A DNA stretch of 64,000 nt, from positions 11,532,001 to 11,596,000 of the forward strand of contig JBHGNT010000013.1 in assembly GCA_043228905.1 (NCBI GenBank), written 5' to 3'. The notes under the pieces were generated by a model, which was given only the letters and a program-made list of their open reading frames with translations, was not told where the DNA came from and searched no databases. Below, piece after piece: positions 13,177 through 24,904 of this stretch; position 1 is the stretch's first letter, and the number at the start of each line of letters is the position of its first letter. The DNA is from Azolla caroliniana. Taxonomy: Eukaryota; Plantae; Polypodiophyta. The translations under genes and the position numbers were made by a program.

Positions 13177-14245
13177 TCAGCCACATCAGGCAAAAAGGGA
13201 AACTCATGAATGTGCTACACGTCCCGACAATAACGAAGAACCTAGTATCAGTCGGACAAATCATTGCTGCCAGTTAGAAACACTGTCTACCCTCAGTCCT
13301 TCGAGGTAGGTATCAAGGTGATCGTGGTGCTAGGGTAGGATCTTGTGTAGCGCTTGGAACGTATTGACTTATACCATTAGAGCATGTTTACTAAAGGCGT
13401 AAAACTAGAGATGGCTACAACCAAGCTCCTAATGTGTGTAACTACGCACATGTACTCCTCTTACACGGTTATGCTTAAACAATCACACAAAGACAAGAGA
13501 TAGAGAAGAGACCAGAGATAAGAGATGGAGCTTAGAGAAGACAGAAACTATATTAAATGATTGTGCTCAGAAATGTGTGGACCCTTTGCAATGTTCATAG
13601 GCCCTTTATATATCCAAGGCCTAGTTGGTTACGCTTCCCACGTGAACCGTTACACGCGTTACTTCAACACTTCTATTATAATTAATACGTTTCTTCATTA
13701 TGTGTTATTTACGTTTGTCCTCTTATGTCGGACAACACCTGACACACCTCTGGGACAATGCCTTGGCACGTTGAACCCCTCCTCCCTTTACTCATCTATC
13801 AAAATATCGAAGATATTTGGGTCCGGGCGCCCGTCATTACTTGTCGTGATTGGTGGCGCCATAACGTGATTGAGCTTGTCGCTTTGTGGCTAAACCGGTG
13901 CTTTCGCCTGTAGTCTCTCCGTGGATGGCTCAGGCTGTATTTCTTCTAAGTTGTACTACTTCCTCCATAGTGATTGTCGTGGTTGGGACTGTGTCATTGG
14001 GTACGGTCATCGTAGTCATCTCCGGAGTGCTTGCGTGTTCGGTAGGGGTCTCGTCCTGCTCCGTGGAATCTGGACATGACTCTTCTGAGCATGTTTCTTG
14101 CATAGGGGCTTAGTCCTCTTCTTGCGGTGTTTCCGTGGTGGACTCAGCTAGTACGCCGTCTGTGGGTGAGGAAACGTCGTTTCTTGGCGTCTCTGTCATT
14201 GGGCGTGGACAGACATCTGGGTGTGATTCTTTCGGGCCTCTCTCT

Positions 14246-14623
14246 TGTTGGGATTTCGGTCCCTCCGGATGGGATGTCCGGAGATGAATGACGGCAAGCC
14301 CAGAAGCGATTGCGGAACCGTATGATGAAGAGTGCCCGGCATGAAGCCGGATGAAGGTACCCGGTTACGGAGCCGGATGCTGAAGACCCCGGTTACGGAG
14401 CCGGATGATGAATACCCCGGCTACGGAGCCGGATGACGAATGTACCCGGAGAGAGATCCGGATGCGGGGACATATTTGTGAATATGTTTTGCCAAGAGCC
14501 CTTGAGGCTATATTTGTAAATAGCCCGAAAGTCATATGTGTATAAATATGACTTAGGGCAAACAGTTTTACTGTTGCTACTCATTTTTCCTGTTTTTCCA
14601 CTTAGAGAGAGTGAAGAGAGCAG

Positions 14624-14658
<35 letters not shown>

Positions 14659-14921
14659 GAAGAGGTCGTTGCCTCTGTGTATTACCGCCGCCTGTGGCGA
14701 AGACAGTGAGCTCAAGGTTGTTGCCTTGAAGCTTCACCATTGTACATCTCTGTTCATAGTGATAGTTGGAGTTTGAGGACTCCCGTGGTTTTTCCCATTT
14801 AGGGTTTTCCACGTAAAACATACTGTGTACTCTTCTCTCTATTGCATTGGAGCATTTCGTATTTCCTGTTTTCTGTGACTTGATCCTATTTCTCGGTTGT
14901 GGCCGAGCGCGGTGTTTAACA
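14246..14921 (+). repeat. 5' LTR (676 bp)
   Basis: Near-identical to 19037-19710; U3 tandem ~30-bp CCCGGTTACGGAGCCGGATG units, TATA, (GA)n. Confidence 0.98.
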
Positions 14922-14924
14922 AAG

Positions 14925-14936
14925 TGGTATCAGAGC
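14925..14936 (+). other. Primer binding site, initiator tRNA-Met type
   Basis: TGGTATCAGAGC 3 nt after the LTR. Confidence 0.95.
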
Positions 14937-14952
14937 GACGGCAGTGCAGAAA

Positions 14953-17900
14953 ATGGAAGGCGGCAGCAGCGGGCAGCCGGGGATGATGGTGCTGAATGCG
15001 CAGAACTACGCCGACTGGAAGATCAAGATGGAGGATCTTCTGATTGTTCGGGACCTGTACGAACCGATTGACAGATCGGAAATACCGAAGGGGGTACTTG
15101 AGACGGAATGGAGGCTTCTGAACCGGAAAGCCGTTGCAACCATTCGGCAATACGTCGACGTGAGCGTTCTACAACATGTGGCGAACGACACCAACGCATA
15201 CGAGATGTGGCGGAAGCTGTCGGGCCTCTACGAGAGGAAGAATGCGTTGAACCGGACCTCCCTGATGAGGAAGATAGTGAACCTCAAGTACCGTGACGGC
15301 GAGAGCATGGTGGAACACGTAAGCACGTTCATGGGATTCGTGAACCAGCTTGCGGCGATCAAGTTCCCGTTGGAGGATGCAATGCAAGCCATCATTCTGA
15401 TGTGTACATTGCCGGAAAGCTGGGAGAACTTGGTAGTGACTCTTAGCACCTCCTGCACCGAAGATAACTTGTCTCTACAAACGGTAAAGACAAGCATTTT
15501 GAACGAAGAAGCGCGTCGGAGAGATAAAGAACCGGCCTCCGACTCGAAGGCGCTGCTTACCGAATCGGAACGGGGAAGACAATGGAACCGGAGTCCGCAG
15601 AGACGGGAGAAGTCGGGGACCCGGTCACAGTCAAGAGGAAGGCCCACATGCTTCCACTGTGGGAAGCCGGGGCACTTCCGGAAGAATTGTCGGCATTACC
15701 GAAAAGACAACGGAGCCGACGACACCGATTCGAAGAAGTCACCGGAGCGAAACGGTGCATACCGGGGAGCCACGGACCGGAGAGGTCCGGATCGGCGAGG
15801 GCAGGACCGGAAAGGAACGACGGCACTCGCGGCAAGTGAAGAAGAAATAATGCTCATTACCGAAGAGAGGGAGCTGAACCTTGCCGGTGAAGAGATGACC
15901 TGGGTGGTCGATTCCGGAGCGTCGTTCCACCTGACCCCGGAGAAGAAATACTTCTCATCCTACATAGCCGGTGAGCACGGCTGTGTCCGGATGGGAAACG
16001 AAGGTACGTGCCGGATTGCCGGCATAGGAGACGTGTGGTTGACAACCTCGACCGGATGCAAGATGCTGTTGAAAGATGTACGACACGTTCCGGAGGTTCG
16101 ATTGAACCTGATTTCGGCCGGGAGGCTAGACGATGAAGGCTACACGGGTAGCATCCGGAACGGTGTCATGAAGTTCAGTAAAGGGAGCCTGATAGTGGCT
16201 CGGGCCCGGAAGATCAACACACTGTACCTGATGAATTCCCGGCTATGTCCGGAGGAGCTGAACGTGGCAGCTGACACTGCCGGTGAGCTATGGCACAAGA
16301 GACTGTGCCACATGAGCGAGAAGGGGATGAAGAGGCTTGCAGAAGACAACCTTATTCCAGTGAAGCATGTGCACCTGGAGAAGTGCACCAATTGCCTGGC
16401 CGGTAAGCAGAACCGAACCTCCTTCCACTCAAGGCCACCGACGAGACGTAGCGCACCATTGGAGTTGGTGCACACTGACGTGTGTCAAGTGGAAACGAAG
16501 TCACATGGCGGAGCCCAGTACTTCGTGACATTCATTGATGATCACAGCCGGAAGCTGTGGACGGCACCGTTGAAGACAAAGGACCAAGTATTGTCCGTCT
16601 TCAAAGAACTCCACGCGAGAGTGGAAAGAGAATCCGGCAAGGAGCTGAAAGCGATACGAGCGGATAACGGAGGGGAATACCGGGGGCAGTTCCAGGAGTA
16701 CTGTCGCTCGAAGGGAATCCGGCTCGAGTTTACAGTGCCGAAGACGCCGGAACTGAACGGGCTGGCCGAGAGGATGAACCGGACCATAATGGAGAGGGTC
16801 CGGAGTATGCTGGCGCATGCGAAATTACCCAAGGGGTTTTGGGCTGAGGCAATGTCGACGGCGACATACGTGATTAACAGATCACCCTCAGTACCTTTGG
16901 ACGGAGACACGCCGCAGAGAGTGTGGACTGGTAGGGAAGTGTCCTACCGGCATCTGAAGGTGTTCGGGTGTCTCGCATATGTGCATGTGGCAAAGGACCG
17001 GAGAGGAAAGCTAGATCCAAAGACCCGTCCATGCATATTCCTCGGTTACGGCGACGACGAGTTCGGCTACCGAGTATGGGACCCGGTCGACAAGAAGATA
17101 TTCAGGAGTCGTGATATCATCTTCATGGAGGACAAGACACTCGCCGACTGGGAGTTGGAGAAGAAGATGAAGAGCTCCAAGTCGACCGGTGAGAATCAAC
17201 TCTACGAGGAGCAGTCCCGACCGGCAAGGGACCGGTTAGCACTCGAGGATCCGGCCGAATACGGTGAAGAAACAGAACCGGCCGAAGAAGATGAAAATGA
17301 TACCGGAACCGGCCCCGATCCCGAAATGGATTCGGATGAAGAAGAATCGGAAGAACCGGTTACCGAAGCTCCGGAACGGAGATATCCTCTAAGAGAGAGA
17401 AGGGCCCCCCGGAGATTTCCGGAACCAGAGCACGTGCTGCTAACCGACGAGGGGGAGCCGGAGAGCTTTGAAGAAGCAAAACATGACACCAAGAGCCGCA
17501 GGTGGTTGAGTGCCATGCAGGACGAGATGGATTCCCTGCATGAGAACCACACATATGAACTTGTGGAGTTGCCGAAAGGAAAGCGGGCACTTCGAAACAA
17601 GTGGGTGTTCAAGTTGAAACCGGGAGACGCCGGAAACCCCCCGAGATACAAAGCCAGGATCGTGGTGAAGGGGTTTCAGCAGAAGAAGGGCGTCGACTTC
17701 GACGAGATATTCGCCCCGGTAGTGAAGATGACCTCCATCCGGACGGTGCTAAGCATAGCGGCAAGCATGGACCTCGAGGTAGAACAGATGGACGTGAAGA
17801 CGGCATTCCTTCACGGTGACCTCGAAGAAGAGATCTACATGCAGCAACCGGAAGGATTCGAGAAGAAAGGGAAGGAGCACCTGGTATGCCGTTTGAAGAA

Positions 17901-19026
17901 GAGCCTCTACGGTCTGAAGCAGGCTCCCCGGCAATGGTACCGGAAGTTCGATTCCTTCATGACAGACGAAGGGTACCACAAAACGCAGACCGATCACTGC
18001 GTGTTTGTGAAGAAGTTCGAAGGAGGAGACTTTCTAATACTCCTCCTCTACGTGGACGACATGTTGATCGTCGGACGGGACCAGGGCAAGATACGGATGC
18101 TGAAGAAAGCACTTCACCGAACCTTCTCAATGAAGGACCTGGGTCCGGCGAGGCAAATACTAGGGATGCACATCATCCGGGACCGGAAGAAGAAGCAGTT
18201 GTGGTTGTCACAGGAGAAGTACGTGACAAAGGTGCTTCACCGGTTCAACATGTCGGAAGCAAGACCGGTGGGGTCAACACTCCCGGCAAACTGCAAGCTG
18301 TCCAGCAAGCAAAGCCCCAAGACAAAGGCTGAGAAGGAGGACATGATGAAAGTACCATATGCCTCTGCCGTCGGGAGCTTGATGTACGCGATGGTGTGTA
18401 CCCGACCGGACATAGGATATGCAGTCGGAGTGGTGAGCCGGTACATGAGCAATCCCGGCAAAGAGCATTGGAACGCGGTCAAATGGATACTCCGATACCT
18501 GAAGGGCACGGCAAACATGTGCCTCCGATTCGGCTCCGGCAAGCCCGAACTCGATGGATTTACCGATTCGGATATGTCGGCTGATGCAGATACCAGCCGG
18601 TCCACATCAGGGTATGTGATGACGTATGCAGGGGGAGCTGTTTCATGGCAGTCGAGGCTGCAGAAGACGGTTGCACTGTCAACCACGGAGGCGGAGTACA
18701 TGGCGGCTGTTGAAGCCGGCAAGGAAATAATATGGATGAAGGACTTCATTAGAGAGCTCGGTATACGGCAGGAGGAGTATCGACTCTACTGCGACAGTCA
18801 GAGTGCCATCCACCTTGCGAAGAACGCGGCCTACCATTCCCGGACGAAACACATCCAGCGTAGATACCACTGGATCCGGGAAAGGATCGAAGACCAGGAG
18901 TTCGTGCTGACGAAGATCCACACGGACGAGAACGGGTCGGATATGCTGACCAAAGTGCTCACACCCGACAAGCTGGAAGCATGCCGGAAGAGGATCGGGT
19001 TGGAGAGACATCCCATGCCGAAGTGA
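14953..19026 (+). CDS. Copia Gag-Pol polyprotein (Gag/CCHC, PR, INT, RT, RNase H), 1357 aa from first ATG
   Basis: CFHCGKPGHFRKNC, VVDSGAS, WHKRLCH..CTNC, DNGGEY, QMDVKTAFLHG, LYVDDM, RTKHI. Confidence 0.98.
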   Translation: MEGGSSGQPGMMVLNAQNYADWKIKMEDLLIVRDLYEPIDRSEIPKGVLETEWRLLNRKAVATIRQYVDVSVLQHVANDTNAYEMWRKLSGLYERKNALNRTSLMRKIVNLKYRDGESMVEHVSTFMGFVNQLAAIKFPLEDAMQAIILMCTLPESWENLVVTLSTSCTEDNLSLQTVKTSILNEEARRRDKEPASDSKALLTESERGRQWNRSPQRREKSGTRSQSRGRPTCFHCGKPGHFRKNCRHYRKDNGADDTDSKKSPERNGAYRGATDRRGPDRRGQDRKGTTALAASEEEIMLITEERELNLAGEEMTWVVDSGASFHLTPEKKYFSSYIAGEHGCVRMGNEGTCRIAGIGDVWLTTSTGCKMLLKDVRHVPEVRLNLISAGRLDDEGYTGSIRNGVMKFSKGSLIVARARKINTLYLMNSRLCPEELNVAADTAGELWHKRLCHMSEKGMKRLAEDNLIPVKHVHLEKCTNCLAGKQNRTSFHSRPPTRRSAPLELVHTDVCQVETKSHGGAQYFVTFIDDHSRKLWTAPLKTKDQVLSVFKELHARVERESGKELKAIRADNGGEYRGQFQEYCRSKGIRLEFTVPKTPELNGLAERMNRTIMERVRSMLAHAKLPKGFWAEAMSTATYVINRSPSVPLDGDTPQRVWTGREVSYRHLKVFGCLAYVHVAKDRRGKLDPKTRPCIFLGYGDDEFGYRVWDPVDKKIFRSRDIIFMEDKTLADWELEKKMKSSKSTGENQLYEEQSRPARDRLALEDPAEYGEETEPAEEDENDTGTGPDPEMDSDEEESEEPVTEAPERRYPLRERRAPRRFPEPEHVLLTDEGEPESFEEAKHDTKSRRWLSAMQDEMDSLHENHTYELVELPKGKRALRNKWVFKLKPGDAGNPPRYKARIVVKGFQQKKGVDFDEIFAPVVKMTSIRTVLSIAASMDLEVEQMDVKTAFLHGDLEEEIYMQQPEGFEKKGKEHLVCRLKKSLYGLKQAPRQWYRKFDSFMTDEGYHKTQTDHCVFVKKFEGGDFLILLLYVDDMLIVGRDQGKIRMLKKALHRTFSMKDLGPARQILGMHIIRDRKKKQLWLSQEKYVTKVLHRFNMSEARPVGSTLPANCKLSSKQSPKTKAEKEDMMKVPYASAVGSLMYAMVCTRPDIGYAVGVVSRYMSNPGKEHWNAVKWILRYLKGTANMCLRFGSGKPELDGFTDSDMSADADTSRSTSGYVMTYAGGAVSWQSRLQKTVALSTTEAEYMAAVEAGKEIIWMKDFIRELGIRQEEYRLYCDSQSAIHLAKNAAYHSRTKHIQRRYHWIRERIEDQEFVLTKIHTDENGSDMLTKVLTPDKLEACRKRIGLERHPMPK

Positions 19027-19034
19027 AGGGGGAG
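19025..19034 (+). other. Polypurine tract
   Basis: GAAGGGGGAG 2 nt before the 3' LTR. Confidence 0.92.
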
Positions 19035-19036
19035 TT

Positions 19037-19414
19037 TGTTGGGATTTCGGTCCCTCCGGATGGGATGTCCGGAGATGAATGACGGCAAGCCCGGAAGCGA
19101 TTGCGGAACCGTATGATGAAGAGTGCCCGGCATGAAGCCGGATGAAGGTACCCGGTTACGGAGCCGGATGCTGAAGACCCCGGTTACGGAGCCGGATGAT
19201 GAATACCCCGGCTACGGAGCCGGATGACGAATGTACCCGGAGAGAGATCCGGATGCGGGGACATATTTGTGAATATGTTTTGCCAAGAGCCCTTGAGGCT
19301 ATATTTGTAAATAGCCCGAAAGTCATATGTGTATAAATATGACTTAGGGCAAACAGTTTTACTGTTGCTACTCATTTTTCCTGTTTTTCCACTTAGAGAG
19401 AGTGAAGAGAGCAG

Positions 19415-19447
<33 letters not shown>

Positions 19448-19710
19448 GAAGAGGTCGTTGCCTCTGTGTATTACCGCCGCCTGTGGCGAAGACAGTGAGC
19501 TCAAGGTTGTTGCCTTGAAGCTTCACCATTGTACATCTCTGTTCATAGTGATAGTTGGAGTTTGAGGACTCCCGTGGTTTTTCCCATTTAGGGTTTTCCA
19601 CGTAAAACATACTGTGTACTCTTCTCTCTATTGCATTGGAGCATTTCGTATTTCCTGTTTTCTGTGACTTGATCCTATTTCTCGGTTGTGGCCGAGCGCG
19701 GTGTTTAACA
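19037..19710 (+). repeat. 3' LTR (674 bp)
   Basis: Differences seen from the 5' LTR: one A/G (14302 vs 19093) and a 2-bp length difference attributable to the GA tract. Confidence 0.98.
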
Positions 19711-19715
19711 TCTCT

Positions 19716-22041
19716 TGCATGGGGTCCTCCGGCATTACTGTTACCTCCGGAGCGTTATTAGGATCAGTTCGGGCCTCGTTTTGCTCCACGGAGTCGCTGT
19801 CCTGGACGGTAATAGCCTCCGCCCTTTGATGCTCGCTTCCGATCGTGCACAGTTGGTGGAAGATATCTTCCTGACTTTCGTCGAGATCTTCCAGCAGTTG
19901 TGTTATCTCCTTTGCATGCCGGTCGGCTAACACGTGATAGTCCTGCGTTAGGTCTTCTTCTACCGCGGTGATGCTCTCTTCATTTAGCTTATAGAAGCCT
20001 TTACCTTCTTTGCGTCGATTTTCCCAGTCCGCTCGGTAGGTGTGGAGTTCGGCCGCTTGTTTTGCCCATCCGGCCCAACCCTTGGCCAAGGCTGCTTGCA
20101 ACTGTGCCGTAAACCGCTCCTGCTTTGTTTGGGGGAGTACACGGATCCGGTCCTTCTGTATTTGGGAGCGAGCTTGCGACTCCTCCAGCGCCTTCTTCAG
20201 ATTCTCAAATTTCCCTTTGTTAGTTGTCGTCGCCTCTTCATAGTGCATCTTCATTTGTGCCCAGATCTGGGACTCCTTCAAGTGCAGTTGCTTGAGCCGG
20301 CCCATTTCATTATTCAGGCGTATCTCGACTTGGTGGGTTTGCTCATGCTCATGTGCGAGTTGCTCTTCATACCATGCTTTCTTCCTTTGTGCTAATTCCT
20401 GTAACGCCGTAATGACGACCTCCTTTTGGCTTGCTTCCTCCTGCAGCCTTTCCTTCTCTTCCTTTGTTCGGCCATGTGCCTCTACATCCGCATCGAGCTT
20501 ATCTTGAAGTGTTTTGACCGCCTTGTGTTCTTTCGCCCTGATGTCTGCTTCTTTGTTAGATGATTGGCAGAGCTCTGATCTAAGGTGGTCAATCTCCATT
20601 TCAGCTAGCTTCGTAGCCCTTTTTGCCTTTGTCGTGAGTGCTACTTGGGCCTCCACCTCTTCCCTTAGCGTCTGAACTTTTGTGTCGTGTGGTGCAGGGG
20701 CTGGGGGAGGTTGTGTACTGGCCGCATTGTACTCTAATTGCGCAATGCACTCCTGTGCCTTGTTCAATTGTTCCTGGGTCATTTTTACTATTTTTGCAAA
20801 CATTTTTATCTTTGATTGCCATATCTTTGGTACCCAGGCTCACTTTTGCTAACTCTCGATGAACCTCTACTAAGCCAGCATTCAAGGGAGGCAATTCAAT
20901 TCCAAACCGCCAAACCCCTGCATTACCTTTCCGGCCCACTTTCACTAGTGGACCCTCATCTTCACTCTCCACCGTCTGTATTAGTGCATGCTCAATCATC
21001 TGCTGTTCGGCGTGCTCTTTGGCCATTCGCTGGGACACCTTGATCTATAGTGTCGCCAGGAATTCCATTAGTTCATATGTCGTCCCGAATTGTAACAACA
21101 CGCCGAACTCATAGGCCGTATCCGGAATGTCCGGATAGTGTAACACTTCAGTTTCTGCCGTAAGCACGCCTTTTCCACGTTGCGATTGTGCCGTTATGAT
21201 TGGCTGCGGCGCTCGGATGAGCTCTAGTGTAGATGTGGGCTTAGTGTGAGTGCAATCTTCTACCCGTGCGTCTGCATCCTTTACCAGTATGCGACCATCC
21301 TTGCGATCCAGTTGTCAACGCTTAGGCCTAGGGCTACCGTGGCTCGGCTCTGGTTGTTGGCACTTCTCCGGAATCGATGCAATTGGCCTGCCTTTCCTCT
21401 TGCGTCGGTGTTGTTTCGACGGTGGTAGAGTTTGGTTCTTCCTCCCATTCCGTCTTCGCCAGGTCTATTAATCGCCGTTTCAGGGACTGAGGTGGAGGCG
21501 TGGGACTTGTATCTGGTGCGGGCAGTTCTCGGGCAGGAAACATCACGGTTAAGTATTGTTGTATTATTGGACGCAGCTTCTTCCCGGCATGAAAGGCGTG
21601 CATGCCTTCTCTTAACACTAGGCCCGTGATTACTCCCCAATCCATGGTGTGGCCCTCGAACATGTCAATGACGATGTCGACTTTCTGCTTCGGCATGCCA
21701 TAAGAGTTCACATGGATGCAACCGACTTCTAATAAAAATTTCACAACCTCCTGGAAAAAAGCGTTTAGAATGTCCTTTGTTTTGTAGGCTTTGGCGGAGG
21801 TTGAGTATTCTCCGAAATATCTTTCCATGTCTTCTGCAAGGGGAATTTCGAAATGTTTCTCTCCTACCACCATCAAACCCAGCTTCTTTCTGATGGCGGC
21901 ATTCGTAATTGTGTCAACATTGAGCTTCTTGGCGATTTCTTGGGCATCGGGGTACGGTGGCGCCTCTGCTACCCGGATGTAGCCTTCAAAGCCCTTTTCC
22001 AACAGCCATCGTCGTAGTGTTGAGGAGATGGGGATCGACAT
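19716..22041 (-). pseudogene. Accessory ORF of Gypsy B (N-terminal globular domain plus coiled coil), frameshifted; tail continues at ~13790-14240
   Basis: ORFs 21334-22236, 20601-21038 and 19628-20803; motifs shared with other copies. Confidence 0.85.
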
Positions 22042-24162
22042 AGTATCGTGGCAGGGATCATGCGAGGAGTGATTAGGGGTTAGCGTACATGAGTTTCTTG
22101 GATCGTGATGCCTATGAAAAGCTGGAGAGCGAGGGGAGCGAGGGGAGCAGAAGGCTTGATTATGGTTTCTGTAATGTGCAGAAAACCATCTGTTGTCCTC
22201 TTTTTGTGACTTAGCGTTCGTGGGCCTGTGCCTCATTGTGCCGACGCATGTTCTTTCCCGTGGAAATTATGCATGCATAAAAGCCCTTTAATAGTTGTGA
22301 TTATCCTCTCCTTCTTTTTCTTTTTTTCTTTTTTTTTAACGGTAAAGTACAATATTACTGTTACATTTCTTACAAGTGGGTCCCGGCTACTGGTTGGCGT
22401 AGGAAGCAATGGTCTTATTGTCTTTTACGGCATGAAACGGATTCGGTGGTGTAGGTCCGAAGTACGACTTCAGGCGGAACCCGTTCACTTTTTTCCGCAA
22501 CTGCAAGGGTCCCTAATTGAAAGGTTCCATTTTCCGCCCCTATTATCCAATACGGCCCTGTCCAGTGGAATCGTAATTTTCCCGGCATTTGGCCCATCCA
22601 AGTTTGGAAAACTAAAACGACTTTCCAAACTTTGAAGTGTTTTTCACTAGTGCCTCGGGTGTTGGTCTACGAACGCTTTACGTCGTCTCTGCTCGTGTTC
22701 CAGGATTGCCATACTTTGGACTCGTGTTTCGCCTAACACCAGTAATTGTTGTAAACGTATCTGATCGGACTAACCTTCTGATAGTCTTTCGCGGACTTGA
22801 ATACGCAAGCTGGGCACCTGAAATTCCATGGGCATTACGACTTCCAGCCCATACGGTAGTCGGAAGGGAGTTGATTGTGTGCTTGTCTTGTAGCTCGTGC
22901 GGTAAGCCCACAAGGCGCTATGCAGCTTAGTGTCTGAGTCCGTTCTATTCTCATTCACGGTCTTTTTTAGGATATTCTGTAGCATCTTGTTCATTGATTC
23001 CGCCAATCCATTCGCCTGAGGATAATACGACGTACTCTTCTTATGTACTATGGTGTAATGGTGTGTAAGGTCGTGGATAACCGTATTCAAAAAATGGCTT
23101 CCTTGATCGCTTATGAGTTCTATTGGGCAGCCAAAACCGCACCAAATGTGCTTGTATAAGAATTTTGTCGTCGACGCCGCGGTGTTATCCCGTAATGCTT
23201 TCGCTTCTATCCATTTCGTGCAATAATCCATGGCCACTACGATATATTTATGCCCTATTCATGCCATTTCCAGAGTAAAGGGGCCGACAAAATCGAGACC
23301 CCATTTCTTGAAGGGGTCGAGCGGGAGCATTGGCTGGTGCAGCATCCGAGCGAGCTCCGTAGGTTGGCCCATGCGTTGGCAGAGGTCGCACTCTTTACAA
23401 TATTGATACGCAGCTTTTTGCATAGTTGGCCACCAAAGGCTTGCTTGCCATACTTTTCAGGCCGTAAGGTCTCTTGTGTAATGCCCTCCTGTCGTTCCGC
23501 AGTGAGCTTCACGTAAAACGACTTCCTTCTCCTCTTGTTGTATACCGCATCTCCAGATACCATCGCTCCCCTTATGATATAGGACTCCCTCAACTAGACA
23601 GAAATTGCGGCTCCGTACGGCAAGTCTTTTCTTTTCATCCGTTCATAGTTGTGGTGGTGGCAGTCCTGTTGTCAAGAAATAGGTCATCTCCATCAGCCAT
23701 CAGTCTGGAAAACTCTTCTCATCTTGTGTCGCTATAGTCGCAACCCGCAAAATATCGACGTCGAGGAATCGTCATCTCGCGTTATTGCATTGTCGTCGTT
23801 ATCTAGTCTGCTTAGATATTCAACTACGGCGTGTTGTGTAGTCGGTCGATGTTGGATTGTGAATTCAAATTCCTGGAGTAGCAGCATCCATCTGGCTAAT
23901 TTCCCCGTTAACGCCTGCTTCTCGACTAAGTAGACTAACGCCACGTCGTCCACATGAAACGTGAACTTCCGCCCTAGTAACTAATGTAGGAATTTGTTTA
24001 CGTTGTAAATCATCCCCAAGGCTTCACGCTCTGTTGTTGAATAACTCCGCTCTGCATCCGATAATTTACAGTTGGAGTAGTATACGAGTCGGTACCAACT
24101 AGGCTCAGTGAGCTGCATTAGCGCACTGCCGATTGCAATGTTGGATGCATCCACAAATACGT

Positions 24163-24904
24163 TGTCGCGGTTTTCCGCGAGTGCATGTAGAAGGGGCGGG
24201 ACCACAGGGGTCTCGGATGAGGGAGAAGGGATGCCGGGAAACCGACTCCGGACACGTCCCGGAGGCAACCGAACTCGAGAGAGAGAGAGAGTGAGAAAGA
24301 GGAAAGGGAAAGAGAGAGCATGCGCGTGACACCAACTCTTATGCACATGAAACAAGGAGCTATGCTCCCAACACCACCAAATACACCAATATGCACAAAC
24401 AGATATGAGTATATATATTACAAGGGAAAAGATACAACCCCGTCTTTGAGCCGGACCAAGGTAGGGTAGGTTACAACAGTAGTCAGTTGCCAAGCCACCG
24501 GTTGGGGAGCTCTCAGGCTCGTCGTGCCGAGCAGGGTCTTGCACAGGGAACTGAGCAAAAGCAAACCCTAAATAGACACAAACTCTCAATTGACACGACG
24601 ATGAAGAAAAACAACAAGAAGAAAAAGAACTACCAAAATGAAACCCTAGAACGAAGTAAGAATAAGAGAAACTGCCTAACCCTAAATCTAACGGTATACC
24701 CTCCGAACTCAAAATGGGCAACCCCTCAACAAGGGACCACTCCATCCTTTTATAGACCAAGGAGGGGAGGGCATTACAATGTGGGACTAATACTCCCCCT
24801 TTGTTCTATACATCGTTCCCTATTATACATGTGCACATGTTGCACACCACCAACTTGCCCTATTCCACCCCGGTTTCACACTATAGCCGAAAATCTTCAC
24901 GACA
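24163..24904 (-). mobile_element. Solo LTR (742 bp), 4-bp TSD ACGT
   Basis: TGTCG...CGACA termini; interrupts FHVFVDAS of Gypsy B; homologous to 40652-41442. Confidence 0.88.

Larger units (their letters stand above)
9696..13267 (+). mobile_element. Copia family-2 5' part: long LTR-like region (9696-11483), PBS, decayed gag/PR
   Basis: Starts TGTTGAG-N7-CTCAACA like sister LTRs; ends TTTTACA followed directly by TGGTATCAGAGC (11484-11495); gag with zinc-knuckle remnant and WYVDSG. Confidence 0.85.
14246..19710 (+). mobile_element. Intact, very young Ty1/Copia (Tnt1/Tork-like) LTR retrotransposon
   Basis: TG..CA LTRs; TSD TCTCT (14241-14245, 19711-19715); PBS; PPT; single uninterrupted polyprotein ORF. 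Confidence 0.99.

Noticed and set aside
15006-19133. Many antisense and overlapping short ORFs in the ORF track
   Set aside because: Expected shadows of GC-rich coding sequence; no motifs or conservation between copies.
19628-20803. Independent 391-aa host coiled-coil gene
   Set aside because: It is a fragment of the Gypsy accessory ORF; its last ~27 codons are read-through into the Copia LTR.
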